Positions 38,680 to 50,500 of a DNA stretch of 64,000 nucleotides are shown in pieces. The stretch comes from Lama guanicoe (taxonomy: Eukaryota): positions 248,001 through 312,000 of the forward strand of contig MU054001.1 in NCBI GenBank assembly GCA_013239625.1. Reading direction: 5' to 3'. The notes beneath the pieces are model-generated. The model was not told where the DNA came from. It did not search any database and worked only from the letters and a program-made list of their open reading frames with translations. The translations under genes were made by a program, and so were the position numbers. Every line of letters begins with the position of its first letter. The first letter of the stretch is position 1.

Positions 38680-41600
38680 CTGAGAGAGGAAAGGTTGATT
38701 AAAACCCAAAGGCCACTTGGTGGTGATTCCTAGGAAATCGGAGGTCGGTGGTGTCTCATCCAGAGGGAATCAAAAATCTAGAGGCAATTTGCTTGCCAGA
38801 GGTAACATTTGGACCCCGTTATGTGTAACTTCAAATAACAGTGTAACCCAATTTTCTAAGCCAGTAGCTAATCCTGAGAGAAATTACTTCAAAGAGCACA
38901 ATCTGACAGTAATTGCTGGAGGCTGCCAAATGCTTGGGGAATGTCCCTTTGTCGGGTGAAATTCCCTTCCACCAGGCACAGCCAGAGAACCAGCCAGGGG
39001 CAGAAGACACTGATTGGCAGTCCTGCCCTACTTGGGGGTGAGCTCTTGGGGGTAAGTGCTCTCCAGGGACAGCACCCACCTGAGCTACACTCCCTAGGGA
39101 TTTTAGTGGGTGACACAGAGGGCTGCAAGCTGAACTTAAGCACTGGCCTTAAATCAATTGTCTATATTTGACCCTTACCCTTAGACTTCTCAGAAAGCCC
39201 TGGTGCCTGCCTACCCCTAGCAAAGTCTTGGTATAAGAATGTCAGGAGCCAGCTGGCCTCTTCTGATGGGCAGGCACGGGACAAGGGTACCTGTGCCAGA
39301 GGGCCATGATGATGCCCACCTGGCACGTTCAGCTGAACATTGGAGAGATCTAACCTGCCCATCTCTTCAATGACTTTCTAAGTGTTCCCTAGGTAAGTTA
39401 CTCTCTCATTCTGAAATTAGTACTATCATTTGGCTTTGAAATGTGGGTACTAGAACTAAACAGAACTCTCTAAGCTTCTGTTTCAAGGAATGCTGAGAGG
39501 CAGAGGGCGTGTCCAGCGGCTGGGGAGCATGCGGGTGAGGGATAGCAGCAGGTGTCTTTTGGACGGACACTCCCAGCGCGGTTGGGGGGCCCACTACCTT
39601 CAGCTCCCGACGGGTACTGGCACTGCGCTGCAGGCTCCCTCCGCCACGGACACGGCGCACAATTCGGCGGCAGACCCTGGAGGGCAAACGTGCGGTTTCC
39701 AAAGGCTTTGGCTACTCGAGAAGGCTCTTCGCACGCGGAGTCTCTACGGACCGTGGGTCTCGTGCCCGAGCCCGGAGGCTGTCCAGGAATCAGATGGCAC
39801 TCAGGACTTCGCGTCCTGGGCAGGGATGGAGGTGCCCCTTCGACGCCGCCGCTGGCTGCCGCCGTGTGCGCCAGAGACCAGATGCGAGGTTTCTCGCTGC
39901 ATGGGTAGTGCATGGTCAACCTGGGGCCTCCTGGCTCAACCCGGAGGAAGTCTGCTTCTCCCGACCCGCGGGGCTCAGTGAAGGAGAAGCGGGGCGCCGC
40001 CAGACTGCACTCCCTACGCTCCGGCCGGCCCTCTCGCGCGGCGGCACGTTGAACCTCTGGCAGAGACTGACTGTCTTTATGGAGCTCAGCCAGCCTGTCC
40101 GTAGCTGTGACCACTTCCTCTTCTTCATCTGCCTCCTCATCCTCTTCTTCCTCCAGGTCTTCCAGGTCACTCAGCCGGAGCCCCCGGGCCTCTTGGCTAG
40201 CAGTAGCGTCTGCGGGAAATCAGGAGTGGAGTGAGAAAAGCCCCAGGCCCCAAGGGAAACCCTTGGGTGTGCCCATCCCTGAGAAGCTTTTAGCAAGATG
40301 CACCCTGCACTCAGGGCATTCTCGGTGTAATTCACCAAGCTGGCCACACTGTCTCCTACATTTGCCCCAGGGCTGCCTGCCTGCCCTGGGAAAGAATTTC
40401 CACCCCCAGACCTGCCCCTACCCTTTGAAAGACTCCTCCCCTTCCATAGCCCAAGGAAACGGCCACTTTTCATTGCCTAAAGCCTGGATCTCAGTTTCTC
40501 AAAGTTAAAAAAGCAAGGGACCGTTTTCACCCAATTTCAACACCCACAGCTGGGTATTATTTAATTCAGGAAATATTCACTGAGCGCCAGCTAGGTGCCA
40601 GAAATCATTTAGGCATTTAGGTCTTAGGAATTTAGAAACTACAGCAGTGGATAAGATACTTTCTAGTGGAGCGGACATTCCTGAGGGGGTAAGTATGGCA
40701 AAGGCAATAAAATAGGCTGATGTGACAGAGAATAAGTTGGGAAGCTAGTTGGCAAGGGTGGCCAGGGAAGGCTTTGAGGAAGTGACACTTTAGAGTGGAG
40801 AAGAAGCTGGTTCTGCAGGGAATCCCAGGCAGAGGGAACCACACAGGTAAAGACCCTGAGGAATGCGGGAGTTGCAGCTACAAGGGTAAGCCAGGGGCTG
40901 CCTTCTGTGAAAGGTCCCCCACGGAGTGGTTGTGAAAATCCAGTCAAATTGCTTGATGGCTGGAAAACCCATGTCAGGTGGGGAGGTGAATGTTTGATAC
41001 CTTTGGTGTCACCGTTTAGGCAGCCCAGCAATTCCTCTGTTCCACCCTCCACCTTCCTCTCCTCCCCGCCTTTGTTCTTGGGTGCCCAAGTCATCTTGTT
41101 CTCCTTCTTGAGGCGCCGGCGTGCATTGGCGAACCAGGTGGACACCTGAGTGAGGGTCATCTTGGTGATGATGGCCAGCATGATCTTCTCGCCCTTGGTG
41201 GGGTAGGGGTTCTTGCGATGCTCGTTGAGCCAAGCTTTGAGAGTGCTAGTGGTCTCACGGGTGGCATTTTTTCTGCGCCCAGCACCGCTCAACTCCACTG
41301 CTCCGTACCTGGGGGGAGAACCTGGCTCTGGGGCTGCAGACAGGAGACAGTCTGTGGCCTGGCAGTGAGGATCTGCTCCCCTCCCAGCACACAGCTCCCC
41401 ATGCTCTGTGGATTGGTCCCACCTTGGCAGGGGAAGGGGAAGGGGAAGGACTTGCAATGCCAGTCACCAATGCCCCATGCCTTACCGGTCATACTGGTAC
41501 TGCCCCAGCGTCGGCTCATAGGGATAATATGCTCCTGGTTGCGCCAGGCTGGGTGTAAAGTTCCCTGCAGCCTCCTTAAATTCATACTGTGGATTCTGAT

Positions 41601-43593
41601 TGAGGAGGAAGGATGGATTCAGGACTACATTTGGGGAGGAGGAGAGGGGCGGCGTTGCTAAGAATGTGAACTCTGGAGTCAAGTCTGGTTCAGACTATAG
41701 TACCACAGCTTGCCTTGGCTGTGTGATCCTGGGCACAGTAGTTTAACCACTCTGTGCCTCAGTTTCCCCCTTGGTAAAATGGGGATAACAATAAGACCTA
41801 TAGGTAATTGAAGAACAATGTTTGGCAGAATTCCTCGTGCAGAATAAGCAGTAAATATTAGTTGTTATTACTGTTACTCCTTGTCTCACTCAACCTCCCC
41901 TCCTATTACCTGGGGGAACTTCCTTTACTTTCCTCCCCCAGACTATTCCCTGGCTCTTTCTATCTCTATGACTTTGGGTAAGATTATTTGAGTCCCTCTG
42001 CACCTCAGTTTCCTCATCTGTGCAGTGAGCCTGGCGATGACTTGCACAGCACTGACTGAGGTACAGATGTTTTCTAAACAGTACGGAGTTCTGCAAACTG
42101 TAAAATGTGAAGATGTGGGTCCCCACCCGCATCCTTTATGTACAATCCTAACCATTTCCTTTCCTCAGAGTGGTGCGTCCTTCCTATGTTTTCCTAGATG
42201 GAGATATCACACTGGATTTTGCCCCTGCCGCTCCTGCTCCTAGGCCGGATGGGTTCCGGGTCACAGATCCAGGCTCCAGTGTACTCACCAGCGCCCCGTA
42301 CAGTGCTGGCGGCTCCGGGCTGTAGGGCAGGTAGCCTGGGTAGCTCTGGGCAGCTGCAGCAGCCGAGTAGGGAGCTCCATAGATGCCCAAGGCCGCGCCC
42401 AGTTCAGGCCTCGCACTGCTCAGCAGCCGACTGTCGTAGGGTGAGCAGCAGAGTGCAGCCGCCGGGGTGGAGCCTGAGGCCACGTCTGGGACCGAGCGCG
42501 GGGCAGATTCGCAGCAAGTGGCGCTGGAACTTGCAGACACCAGAAACTACGGGGGCGAGATACGGGGCACTGGAGGTCAGAGACCAGCGCCTGGGACTGG
42601 CTGGAGCCAGTGGAGGAACTGCCAGATCATTCCTTCATTCAATGTAAACTCAATGCCACCGGGCGCCGAGCATTCTAAGTACTGAGACGGGAATTATCCG
42701 AAGACTCAATTTATCCGAACTGCCTATATAGATACTTATAAACCTTTGCTAAAGTTCTAGGGGGTCCGGGTCGTGGGAACGTTCTAAAGCTCAGATTGCA
42801 GAAGCCAAACTCCACAAGTTCCCTCGCAAACCCTCTCTCCCGGCTCACAGGATCTAAAAAGGCCGATCTAGAAGTTAGCTAGCGTTAGAGACCACGTCTC
42901 ACTCCCGCTCCCTATTTTATAGATAGGGAATGAGGGGTAAAGGAAATGAGGACTAGAGACTTATCCTAGACCACAAAGCAGGGCAGTGGTCAAGTTGGAC
43001 TAGCCTTCTGCCCTCCGCAGAGAAACTGTAGACAGGGCTGAATGTCTCCAGAATTTCCCCAGGAAACCCTTGTCACTGCACAATACCCACCCTGGTCTGG
43101 AAAATCGAAGGAACCAGAAGCAGAGAGCTTGAATCTACCCAAGGAAGGGGGAGGATAAGAACAGAGGACAACAAGTAAACAAGCACAGAAAACGAGTGAG
43201 ATGGGCAGGTAGCCTCTGGACTGGAATTCTGAGACTCTCCCGGGCACCTCGGATATCTGTACAATAAGGCCTGTTTGGAAGATTACCGAAATCCACCCAC
43301 CTCGGTGAGCGCGTGGTCAGAGTGCCCAAGTTTCGGGTCACACGATTTTTCAGCTTGCACTGGGGGAGTGGAACGTTCTCAGCCAGGGATTGGGGATGTC
43401 AGAGGGGTCCGTGGCACATTACCCAGGTGTCTGCTCACTCTGGCTTCCCCGGGGACTCGTGGGAGAGGAGGGTGCTAAAGGGCAGGCTCGTGCACTGGCC
43501 ACCCCCTCCACTCAGTCGGCCCCCATCCTCCATGGGGGAGGCTCTTACCTGGGAAGCGCTGCCGTACGGGTGTCCGAAGTGCGAGAAGGACAT
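38672..43593 (-). CDS. IRX6: Iroquois-class TALE homeobox protein IRX6, spliced CDS join(43549-43593,42289-42546,41486-41595,41001-41308,39598-40209,38672-38679), 446 aa
   Basis: Exon lengths 45+258+110+308+612+8 = 1341 nt stay in frame and all introns are GT-AG. It has the Irx homeodomain ([60 protein letters not shown]), an acidic tract and the IRO box [12 protein letters not shown]-terminus [15 protein letters not shown] and C-terminus [11 protein letters not shown] match IRX6 rather than other paralogues, from my knowledge of the family. Confidence 0.97.
39598..40209 (-). CDS. IRX6: IRX6 coding exon 5, acidic tract and IRO box
   Basis: Acceptor tttcccgcag|AC, donor GAAG|GTAGTG; 612 nt. 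Encodes [18 protein letters not shown] and [11 protein letters not shown] (39860-39892). CpG-rich. Confidence 0.93.
40555..40900 (-). mobile_element. L2 fragment in IRX6 intron 4
   Basis: aaatattcactgagcgccagctaggtgccag...ggccagggaaggctttgaggaagtgacact...cccaggcagagggaacca. Confidence 0.65.
41001..41308 (-). CDS. IRX6: IRX6 coding exon 4, TALE homeodomain
   Basis: Acceptor ttctccccccag|G, donor AAAG|GTATCA; 308 nt. Homeodomain at about 41098-41277 with the PYP loop and Irx-diagnostic WFANA. Confidence 0.98.
41486..41595 (-). CDS. IRX6: IRX6 coding exon 3 ([37 protein letters not shown])
   Basis: Acceptor ttcctcctcaatcag|AAT, donor CG|GTAAGG; 110 nt; Irx-type YYPYE..LGQYQY motif. Confidence 0.95.
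41650..41870 (+). mobile_element. MIR in IRX6 intron 2
   Basis: ggctgtgtgatcctgggca...tctgtgcctcagtttcc...gtaaaatggggataacaata; a second MIR core lies at about 41965-42025. Confidence 0.75.
42289..42546 (-). CDS. IRX6: IRX6 coding exon 2 ([14 protein letters not shown]...PPALYGAL)
   Basis: Acceptor ccccgtag|TTT, donor CTG|GTGAGT; 258 nt; lies within ORF 42184..42540. Confidence 0.95.
43549..43593 (-). CDS. IRX6: IRX6 coding exon 1 ([15 protein letters not shown])
   Basis: ATG in GCCACCATG Kozak context at 43593; donor CAG|GTAAGA; phase 0. Too short for the ORF track. Confidence 0.95.
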
Positions 43594-45150
43594 GGTGGCT
43601 ATACCTGACCCGCCTCCCTGTTCTCTTGCGAGTTCCCGCCTCAGCCCCGCGGTTCTGCGCCTCCAGCCGTCCGCGGCCTCTGTTCCTTACACGACTGCCC
43701 GTGCCCAGCGCCGGGTCCTCCGCCCGCTTGGCGCGACTGGAGGCAGAGCCGAAGGCAGCCTGGCTGCCGAGCCCTGCGCTCCAGAAGGCTCCCCTCCGGC
43801 CCGCGTGGTCCGGAAGACAGTAGGGCCCATGGATGGGCAGGGGAAGGGAGAGGTTGCGGGTTCCCAAAAGCGCGCGGTGGCAAGGCAAGGTGAGGCGCGG
43901 CGCGGGGCTGTGCGGCTCCCGAGGTGCCCCAGTCCAAGGTGGCCAGAGGCTCAAGGTGACGTCACGGTAATCCCGGGCCGCCAGACAAGCCCCCGGGCCC
44001 TGGGGCCCCGGGCCACCAAGCCTGCCGAGCGCAGCCAGCCCGTGTGCGCGCGCGCACTCTCGCCACACTCACACTTGTTCCGGAAGGTTTGTGCAGCTGG
44101 TGAGAACGTCAAAGACCCTGACCCTCTCTGCTTGGCGCAGGATCCTACCCCTTTTCGCCTAAGCTCACGCGCGCGCGCACATACAATCTCTCCAAATTAC
44201 CCGGGAGAAGTAGTAGAAACGCCTCCCACTGCGCCGCGCAGGCCCCAGGCGCGGCGCGCTTACCTCCTCCCCTGCGGCCCGGAGGAGGAGAGAAGCGCCG
44301 GGCGGCGAGGGAGGAGAGAATACAAAAGAAGAGACAGGAGGAAAAAACAGGAGAAAAGTGGGGGAGAAAGGCTAGAGGGAGAAGGAGGAGGGGAGAGGAG
44401 AGAGATGAGGAGTCTGTATGAACAGAGGCGCGCGGGGGAGGGGACGGAATGGGGGTGGGCGAAGGCTGGGCGGAGGTTGAACGCTGGCAGGTGGAGGAGA
44501 GCAGTGGCTCGCGGAAGAAGCCTCCAGCCGGGCTCCCCCGCCCTTCCGCTGCAGGAAAGTTTGTTCACGCCACAGGCCCCGCGCTCCTTAGGGCAGCGCT
44601 GGGCAGCGTCAGTGGATGTCAGTGATCCGGCCGTCTTTGTCCACGGGGAGCTGGCTCTCCACCCTAGTCTCTCCAAAACTCTAGCTCGATTCAGGCTCTC
44701 CATGCCCTGGCCTTTGCCAGGGCCTTGACCCCGGGGCTTCTCTGTCGCCTTCTGGCCCTCGAGTAGGCCGAATAGCGCCCCCTCGAGGTCAAGGTTCAGA
44801 TCCCCTCGGAGTCGGCCTGGAAACGCGCCCCTGGCATCTGCAGACCGCGGGCTAAGACCCCAGGGCATTTCCTCCGAAGGTGAAACTTGGCTGCCTTGTA
44901 CGCACCGCGCTGCGTGTCCACGGGAGAGCGGAGAGCCGCAGGAAGGAGCTGGAGACGAACTGCAGCCGCTGCGCTCCGCTGGGGGGTGGCGCTGGCGAGC
45001 CGCGGTTCAGTGCGCGGGGAGGACAACTCATTCCCCTGCGCTCCGCCGGGACGCCCCGCCGGCCCGGCCCAGCGGCCAGACCGCCCCTTCATCCCAGAGG
45101 CCCTCAAAGAGGCACTGATGGGCGGAAGAGCTCGTTGGTGCCTGAGAGGA
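43550..45150. promoter_or_regulatory. CpG island covering the IRX6 promoter and 5' UTR (CpG enrichment tails off to about 45900)
   Basis: Very GC-rich with dense CG dinucleotides (e.g. gcgcgcgcgc at ~44047 and ~44169), repeat-free, and overlapping the first exon. Confidence 0.9.
44773..44791 (-). promoter_or_regulatory. CTCF motif
   Basis: Minus strand reads TGACCTCGAGGGGGCGCTA, close to the CTCF core consensus TGGCCACCAGGGGGCGCTA. Confidence 0.7.
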
Positions 45151-47349
45151 GGCTGAGCACTCTAGGCCTGACCCTCAGGCAAGCGGCCACCAGATCCTGC
45201 ACTCCTGAAGGCTCAGTCCTCATGTCCGCAGCTACCCGCTTAGAGCCTCCAACCTGCGAGGTCTGGGGGCGTAAAGGGGAGGCCAGTCTGGTGGGGCTAG
45301 GTTTTGGGGGATGCTGCCGGGATCCGAGTGGAACTCTCGGGTTTGGGGGTTTGCAGGCCAGAAACCTCGGAATCCCTCGCCTTTCACTTATGGGGTTACT
45401 GGGCTTAAAAACGTTCTCCCAGGCCCAACTGCACCTCTCCAGAGGAATCAGGGGGGTTAGGTCAAGGGCCCAGTTTTATCTTCTAGTTGAAACTGATGAA
45501 CGTGTGGCCCAGAAGTTAAGAGCAACCTGGATCTCTGCCCTGGGTTCTGGCGAGGCAAGGCGGAAGCCCAGGGACCGGCAAGGTCTGGGGCCTGGCACGC
45601 GATACCTGGCGGAGAGCTTTCCTCTGGCGCCTTTCAGAGGAGACTAGTAGGCCCAGGAGCCCGCGACCTCTTTAGAACGACACTGGCTTTTTTCTTTCTT
45701 TCTTTCTTTCTTTACGGATTCTGCAGAACGAGCACAGAGCTTGAATAAGCCGCAAACCGCAGACTTCTCCGCCTAAGAGATTATCAACAGGAGGACAAGC
45801 TCCATTCTAAATACGAGCAAACCGAGCCAGATTTCCTGGCTGCTGCTGGGTGTCGTTACCTTGGAGAAACCTTGCGTTCAACCCGGGCAAACTCCTAGTT
45901 AGAAGAATTATAGTTATCGCCAGATGGATTTAGTGACAAAAATTCACCGTAATAGATAAGAGCCCTTGATTTTTCAAAATGCACTTTGGAGCCATCTACA
46001 CATTTGCAGCTTGGATACATCTAAGCTATTTTTTTTAAGTAAGAATTGGAGAGAATTCATTAAATTAGTCCCTTGGGGAAGATTACTGCTAATTAATTAA
46101 TTGCAAACATTTCCAGAGGGAAGGTATGTCAATTGTAAAGTAATAAAATTAGATAGTTGAAATACTTACTCAGCAACTTTGATTGCCCGTTTGTTCCTAA
46201 GCAGATTTTTTTTTCTTTTTTATGACAGAAAAATAGGGAGGGTGGTGAGGAAAAAGCATTAGTTCTGTCCCCTGGCGATCTGATTGCAAAGGAGAAACTA
46301 CCATAAAGAATTTATTGATTTTCAGCTGATTTATAAGACCTCTGCGGTATCAATGCTGTGTGCAGGGCCTCCAGGCCTACCTCTTGTCTCTGCTCTCTAG
46401 GGTTAGAGGAAAGCAACAAGATTTTTCAAAAGGAAAAGGAAGAGGTGGAAGAGCAGTGGTAAAGTGAATTGGAAGGCAGGACTGTAAAAATACCTCAATG
46501 TTTTTCTTCATCTGCAGAAAAGAAAACAAACAAAAGAACAGGGTTTATGTTAAGGAATCTTTCTGTTGTGTTCAAAGTTGCTATAAGTTATCAGAACATT
46601 TGGGGAAGGAAGGCTGTTGTTTCCAGACATGAGAGATCTTAATTTAACATTTTTTTCCTTGGGGAGAGTCTGCACCCACAGGGCCACTGACAAATTTGAT
46701 TGTCACAACTTTGAGTGTTTAGTAGGGTTCCCTTAAAGTTGTTCTTATGAGGTGTGCCTTTTCCCTTTATTTTGGGACCCTCATTACAAAACCAAACCAG
46801 CAGGCTTAACCAGTATCAGCCTCTGTCTGGCAGAAAGCTCCAGTGAGAAGAAGTCTTTCCTGAAAAGTGATTCAGGGATGCTGCCATGGAATTTGCTCTC
46901 ATCCTCCTGACTGTCGACAGGCACTCACTTCCACAGCCAAGTGCTCTGAGCTTCTCTATAGTGCTGGCTTTTGATTGCTTTGTTCAGCACTGATTAATTT
47001 AGTTTTGGGGGAAAATACCCAACTGTCTACGTGTACACATTGAATTTCATTGAAGCAAGTAAATAAACCTATTAAATACAGACCCTCCCAGTTATATTTA
47101 AGGGTGTCATTCCACCTAAAGTATTTTATATAAATGATACAGATTCTTTTGTTGTATTATGCCACATGTCTTGATAATTCCTCTAGCTGCTCATTAAAAC
47201 AAATATGAAACAAAGTAAACAGCCAAAGGCCTATTTGGAGTGGGGAGAGTGCCACATTGCTTTGCTTGAAATGCACTGAGGGACCTGAGCAGGCAGAGTA
47301 AAGGATATGTCTTTAACAATGAACTTGAATTGAATGCAAGTACTACCAG

Positions 47350-47520
47350 AAAAAAAAAAGCAAGAAAGGAAGGAAGGAAGGGAGGAAGGAAGGAAGAAAG
47401 AAAAAAAGAAAGGAAGGAAGGAAGGAAGAAAGAAAAAAAGAAAGAAAGAAAGAAAGGAAGGAAGGAAGGAAGGAAGGAAGGAAGAAAGAAAAAAAGAAAA
47501 AAGAAAAGAAAAGAAAACAA
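47350..47520. repeat. (GGAA/GAAA)n polypurine microsatellite
   Basis: About 170 nt almost entirely A/G. Confidence 0.95.
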
Positions 47521-50500
47521 ATCATACTGCATTATTTTGGGTTAAATAGCTATCATTTCTAAATGATTTATAAAGATAGCAGATTTTACAGGGAGGGAGT
47601 GACAACTTCCAAAATGCCCCAAATCAACTTCCAATGCCTCAAATCATAAATAGAATGTGTGAATATATGGGTATAATAACACAAATGAAAATGTGCTAAA
47701 TTGTATTTTTTTAAGTATGATTTTTTTTCAGTGACTGTTTTTGAACTAAGAAGAATGAAATTTCCTCAAATCTATGCATGAATGAACAAGTGCATCTGGA
47801 CAGAGGCATCTATAATTTATACTGATCAGTCACCGCAGGTCTCCCCGAGTGAAACCGAAATGAACACTAATTGTTTTGACGGAAGTAGTGTGCATGGCAT
47901 CTGATTGTGAAACACAGCGAGCCCCTGCCTTGCCTGAATACGTATTGTCAGCAGCAACTCTGGCATCAGGAGGGGAAAATAAAAAGGCAGTAATTCCCAG
48001 ATGAGGGTGCTGATGTTGCTTGTCAGGATGGTGGCAAATAGAAAGAGAGGATGAACTTCTGGATAAAGTAAAAAATGAGACAATGCTGAGATCCTGGTGC
48101 AGCAGGCCTGATACAAACCTAAGCTTAGAGTTAAAAATTATAGCTTGTTAATAATAACATTCTTTTGCATTTATAGCATGCTTGGGAGCTATCCTAAACA
48201 CCCCTGCTTTATCTTATTTGAGGCTCAGGATAAGGAGACTGGAGAGGTGGGAAGAAAATCCAAGATCATATAACCCAGTAGATGACAGAGGAAGAACCAG
48301 AATCCAGACCTCCTGACTTTGGGTCTTGCCACAGGACCGTATTTCAAATATATATAAAGCCAGATACAGCCATGAGATATTGCTAACTCCAGCTGGACCG
48401 AGAGCATTCGCATTTAGTGCCCTGGGATAACACACTGTAATTTAGCAGAGAAATTATCAAAAGAGATGCCATGGCAAGCACACAAGTTCAGGGTCTCTAT
48501 TACATGCTTTTGTATCATCTTGGATTATGAAAGAGCTTATGTAATCATTTGAGAGTTTCAGAAATTCAATGTTGGTCGCTAATTAAAATAGAAAACAGCA
48601 AACAGACCCAGCTGTGACCGGTAAGAACATTAAAAAAACAAAACAAAGCCAGCAACAACAAAAATGCCTCTAAAAAAATCAAGCCAAGATTATGTCTATA
48701 TTTCTATGCTGGTCTGAAAAACCATTAATGGCATTTAGTTAGTGACTATTTTCAGGAGGATGTATGTATATCTATGTGTGTATATGTATATATACACACA
48801 CACACACATCTTTGTTTTTGCATCAGTAGATTGGTGGGGAGAATTGGTGCATTAACTTCTCACAAAGCAGATTTTATGTATAGAAATTCTTGATTATTTT
48901 TATCCTCTGGATGGTGACATCTTTCTAATGATAAGCACAAGGCATCTCAAGGAATTAAAATTGAAAGTCAACAACAGATGTATGGATTTGAAAACCAGGG
49001 AACAGTTTTTGAAGCCAAAGTCTTTGGGAAAGAAATGCATGTGAAAAAGAAAGACCTGAAAGAGACAACATAGAAGGCCTTGCCTGGATAAAATACAATG
49101 GCCTTTCTCCTCTTTGCAACACAGCCTAGGAGCAGTTTGAGTGTATAATTAGGGGACAGAGTTACGGCCTAGACAAACGGAAATGGAGCTGATTTGGTGC
49201 TGGCTCTGCCTCCAGCTAGGGGCTGTGTATTTTTTGGGTACAGCTCTCTAACTGGACCACTGCTAACAAGCAACTTTTAAGAATAAGATTTTGTCATCCT
49301 TCTCCCTAAAGGATTTCACTATCGTAGACTTTAAGGCTTCAGTGAAAATCTGAGGACCTCCAAGCCATATACGTTTTGTCTGATTAGTGGCATTCCCCCA
49401 GTGTTCTCTTTCACTGGGGTTTCTCCTACGTTTAAAGCTGAGCATTAGAACTGGCCAGGAGCCTTCTTTTTTGTGCCACCTGGGGCCCGCTACTTTAGGG
49501 AAGCTGGGACCATTTGTGATGTCACGTGCTGGCCCCAGTAAATTACGACAGATCTTCACAAATCAATAAAAATATGGGAAGTATATCATTTTTAAAGGGG
49601 GAGAAAAAAAAAGAGAAACACATGAGACATGCCCATTAAGGGCACAGCCATCCTAATACCCGCATGTCTGCCTGGGTCTGCAATTAAAAACATTCTGATA
49701 ATAAATCTCCTTGCAGTCTCTTTTAATGCTTTTAACTTTCCTGAAGGTTCAAATTGGTATCCCAAAAATGTGCCAGGACTTTCACAAGGTATTTTATAGA
49801 CTCATAAATAAATATGGCAATTAATCTCTGCTATATTTCTTTCATATTTGATGACAATTTATTATGGCATTCACCCATTTGGTGCACAAAAACTCTAATG
49901 CACTTAAAATCGGATTTCAAACCAAACATTTTATGGGAAAATATAGTATTGATCATCCATTTAAAGATATCATGAAGATGATTCATTACCTGCTGTAAAA
50001 AAAAGATCTTATGAGAATCTTACAAATGAGTGGGGTGGTGGGAGAGTCTATTCATAAAACCAGAACTGTTGGATCTGTGCCTCTTGTTTTCTTCATTTAT
50101 CTTGGAGCTTTCCAGCACTGATGACTTTAATAAGTTGCTGTTTTATAAGAAAAATCTTTTTCCATGACATTTTTCACAGTGACAAAGGTTGTGAAATTTC
50201 ACAGTATTTTTCTTGCACAATTTTCTGTTGAAATTCAGGAAGAGTTTCAGGGGCAACAGAAGATGTTTCTGTTACTTTGGGGTTGAAACTATTGTATGGC
50301 CTCTGCTTATTTGCTATTGACTGATCGTGGCGGCTCTAAGCAGCCTGGAGCCCCTGAGAATTACAGTCCTAACATCCTACGAATGCTTGAATATATTTTG
50401 TGTACACACCAGACGAGGGCTAGTGAGAATCTAAGAAAAATCTCAGGTGCACCCAGCCTTTCTGGGAAGAACCCATATCATTCATTCAACAAACATTTAT

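Noticed and set aside
40663..41457. 264-aa single ORF containing the homeodomain
   Set aside because: Only 41001-41308 is exonic; the flanks are read-through into introns 3 and 4, including L2 sequence.
43313..44728. 471-aa plus-strand ORF antisense to IRX6 exon 1
   Set aside because: Starts at a non-ATG codon, lies in a GC-rich CpG island where stops are scarce, is low-complexity R/P/A/G and has no recognisable domain.
44260..45647. 202-aa and 255-aa ORFs in the promoter island
   Set aside because: Same GC-richness artefact; no homology that I recognise.
47194..47549. K/E/R/G-rich and F/L/S/P-rich ORFs
   Set aside because: Translations of the (GGAA/GAAA)n microsatellite.
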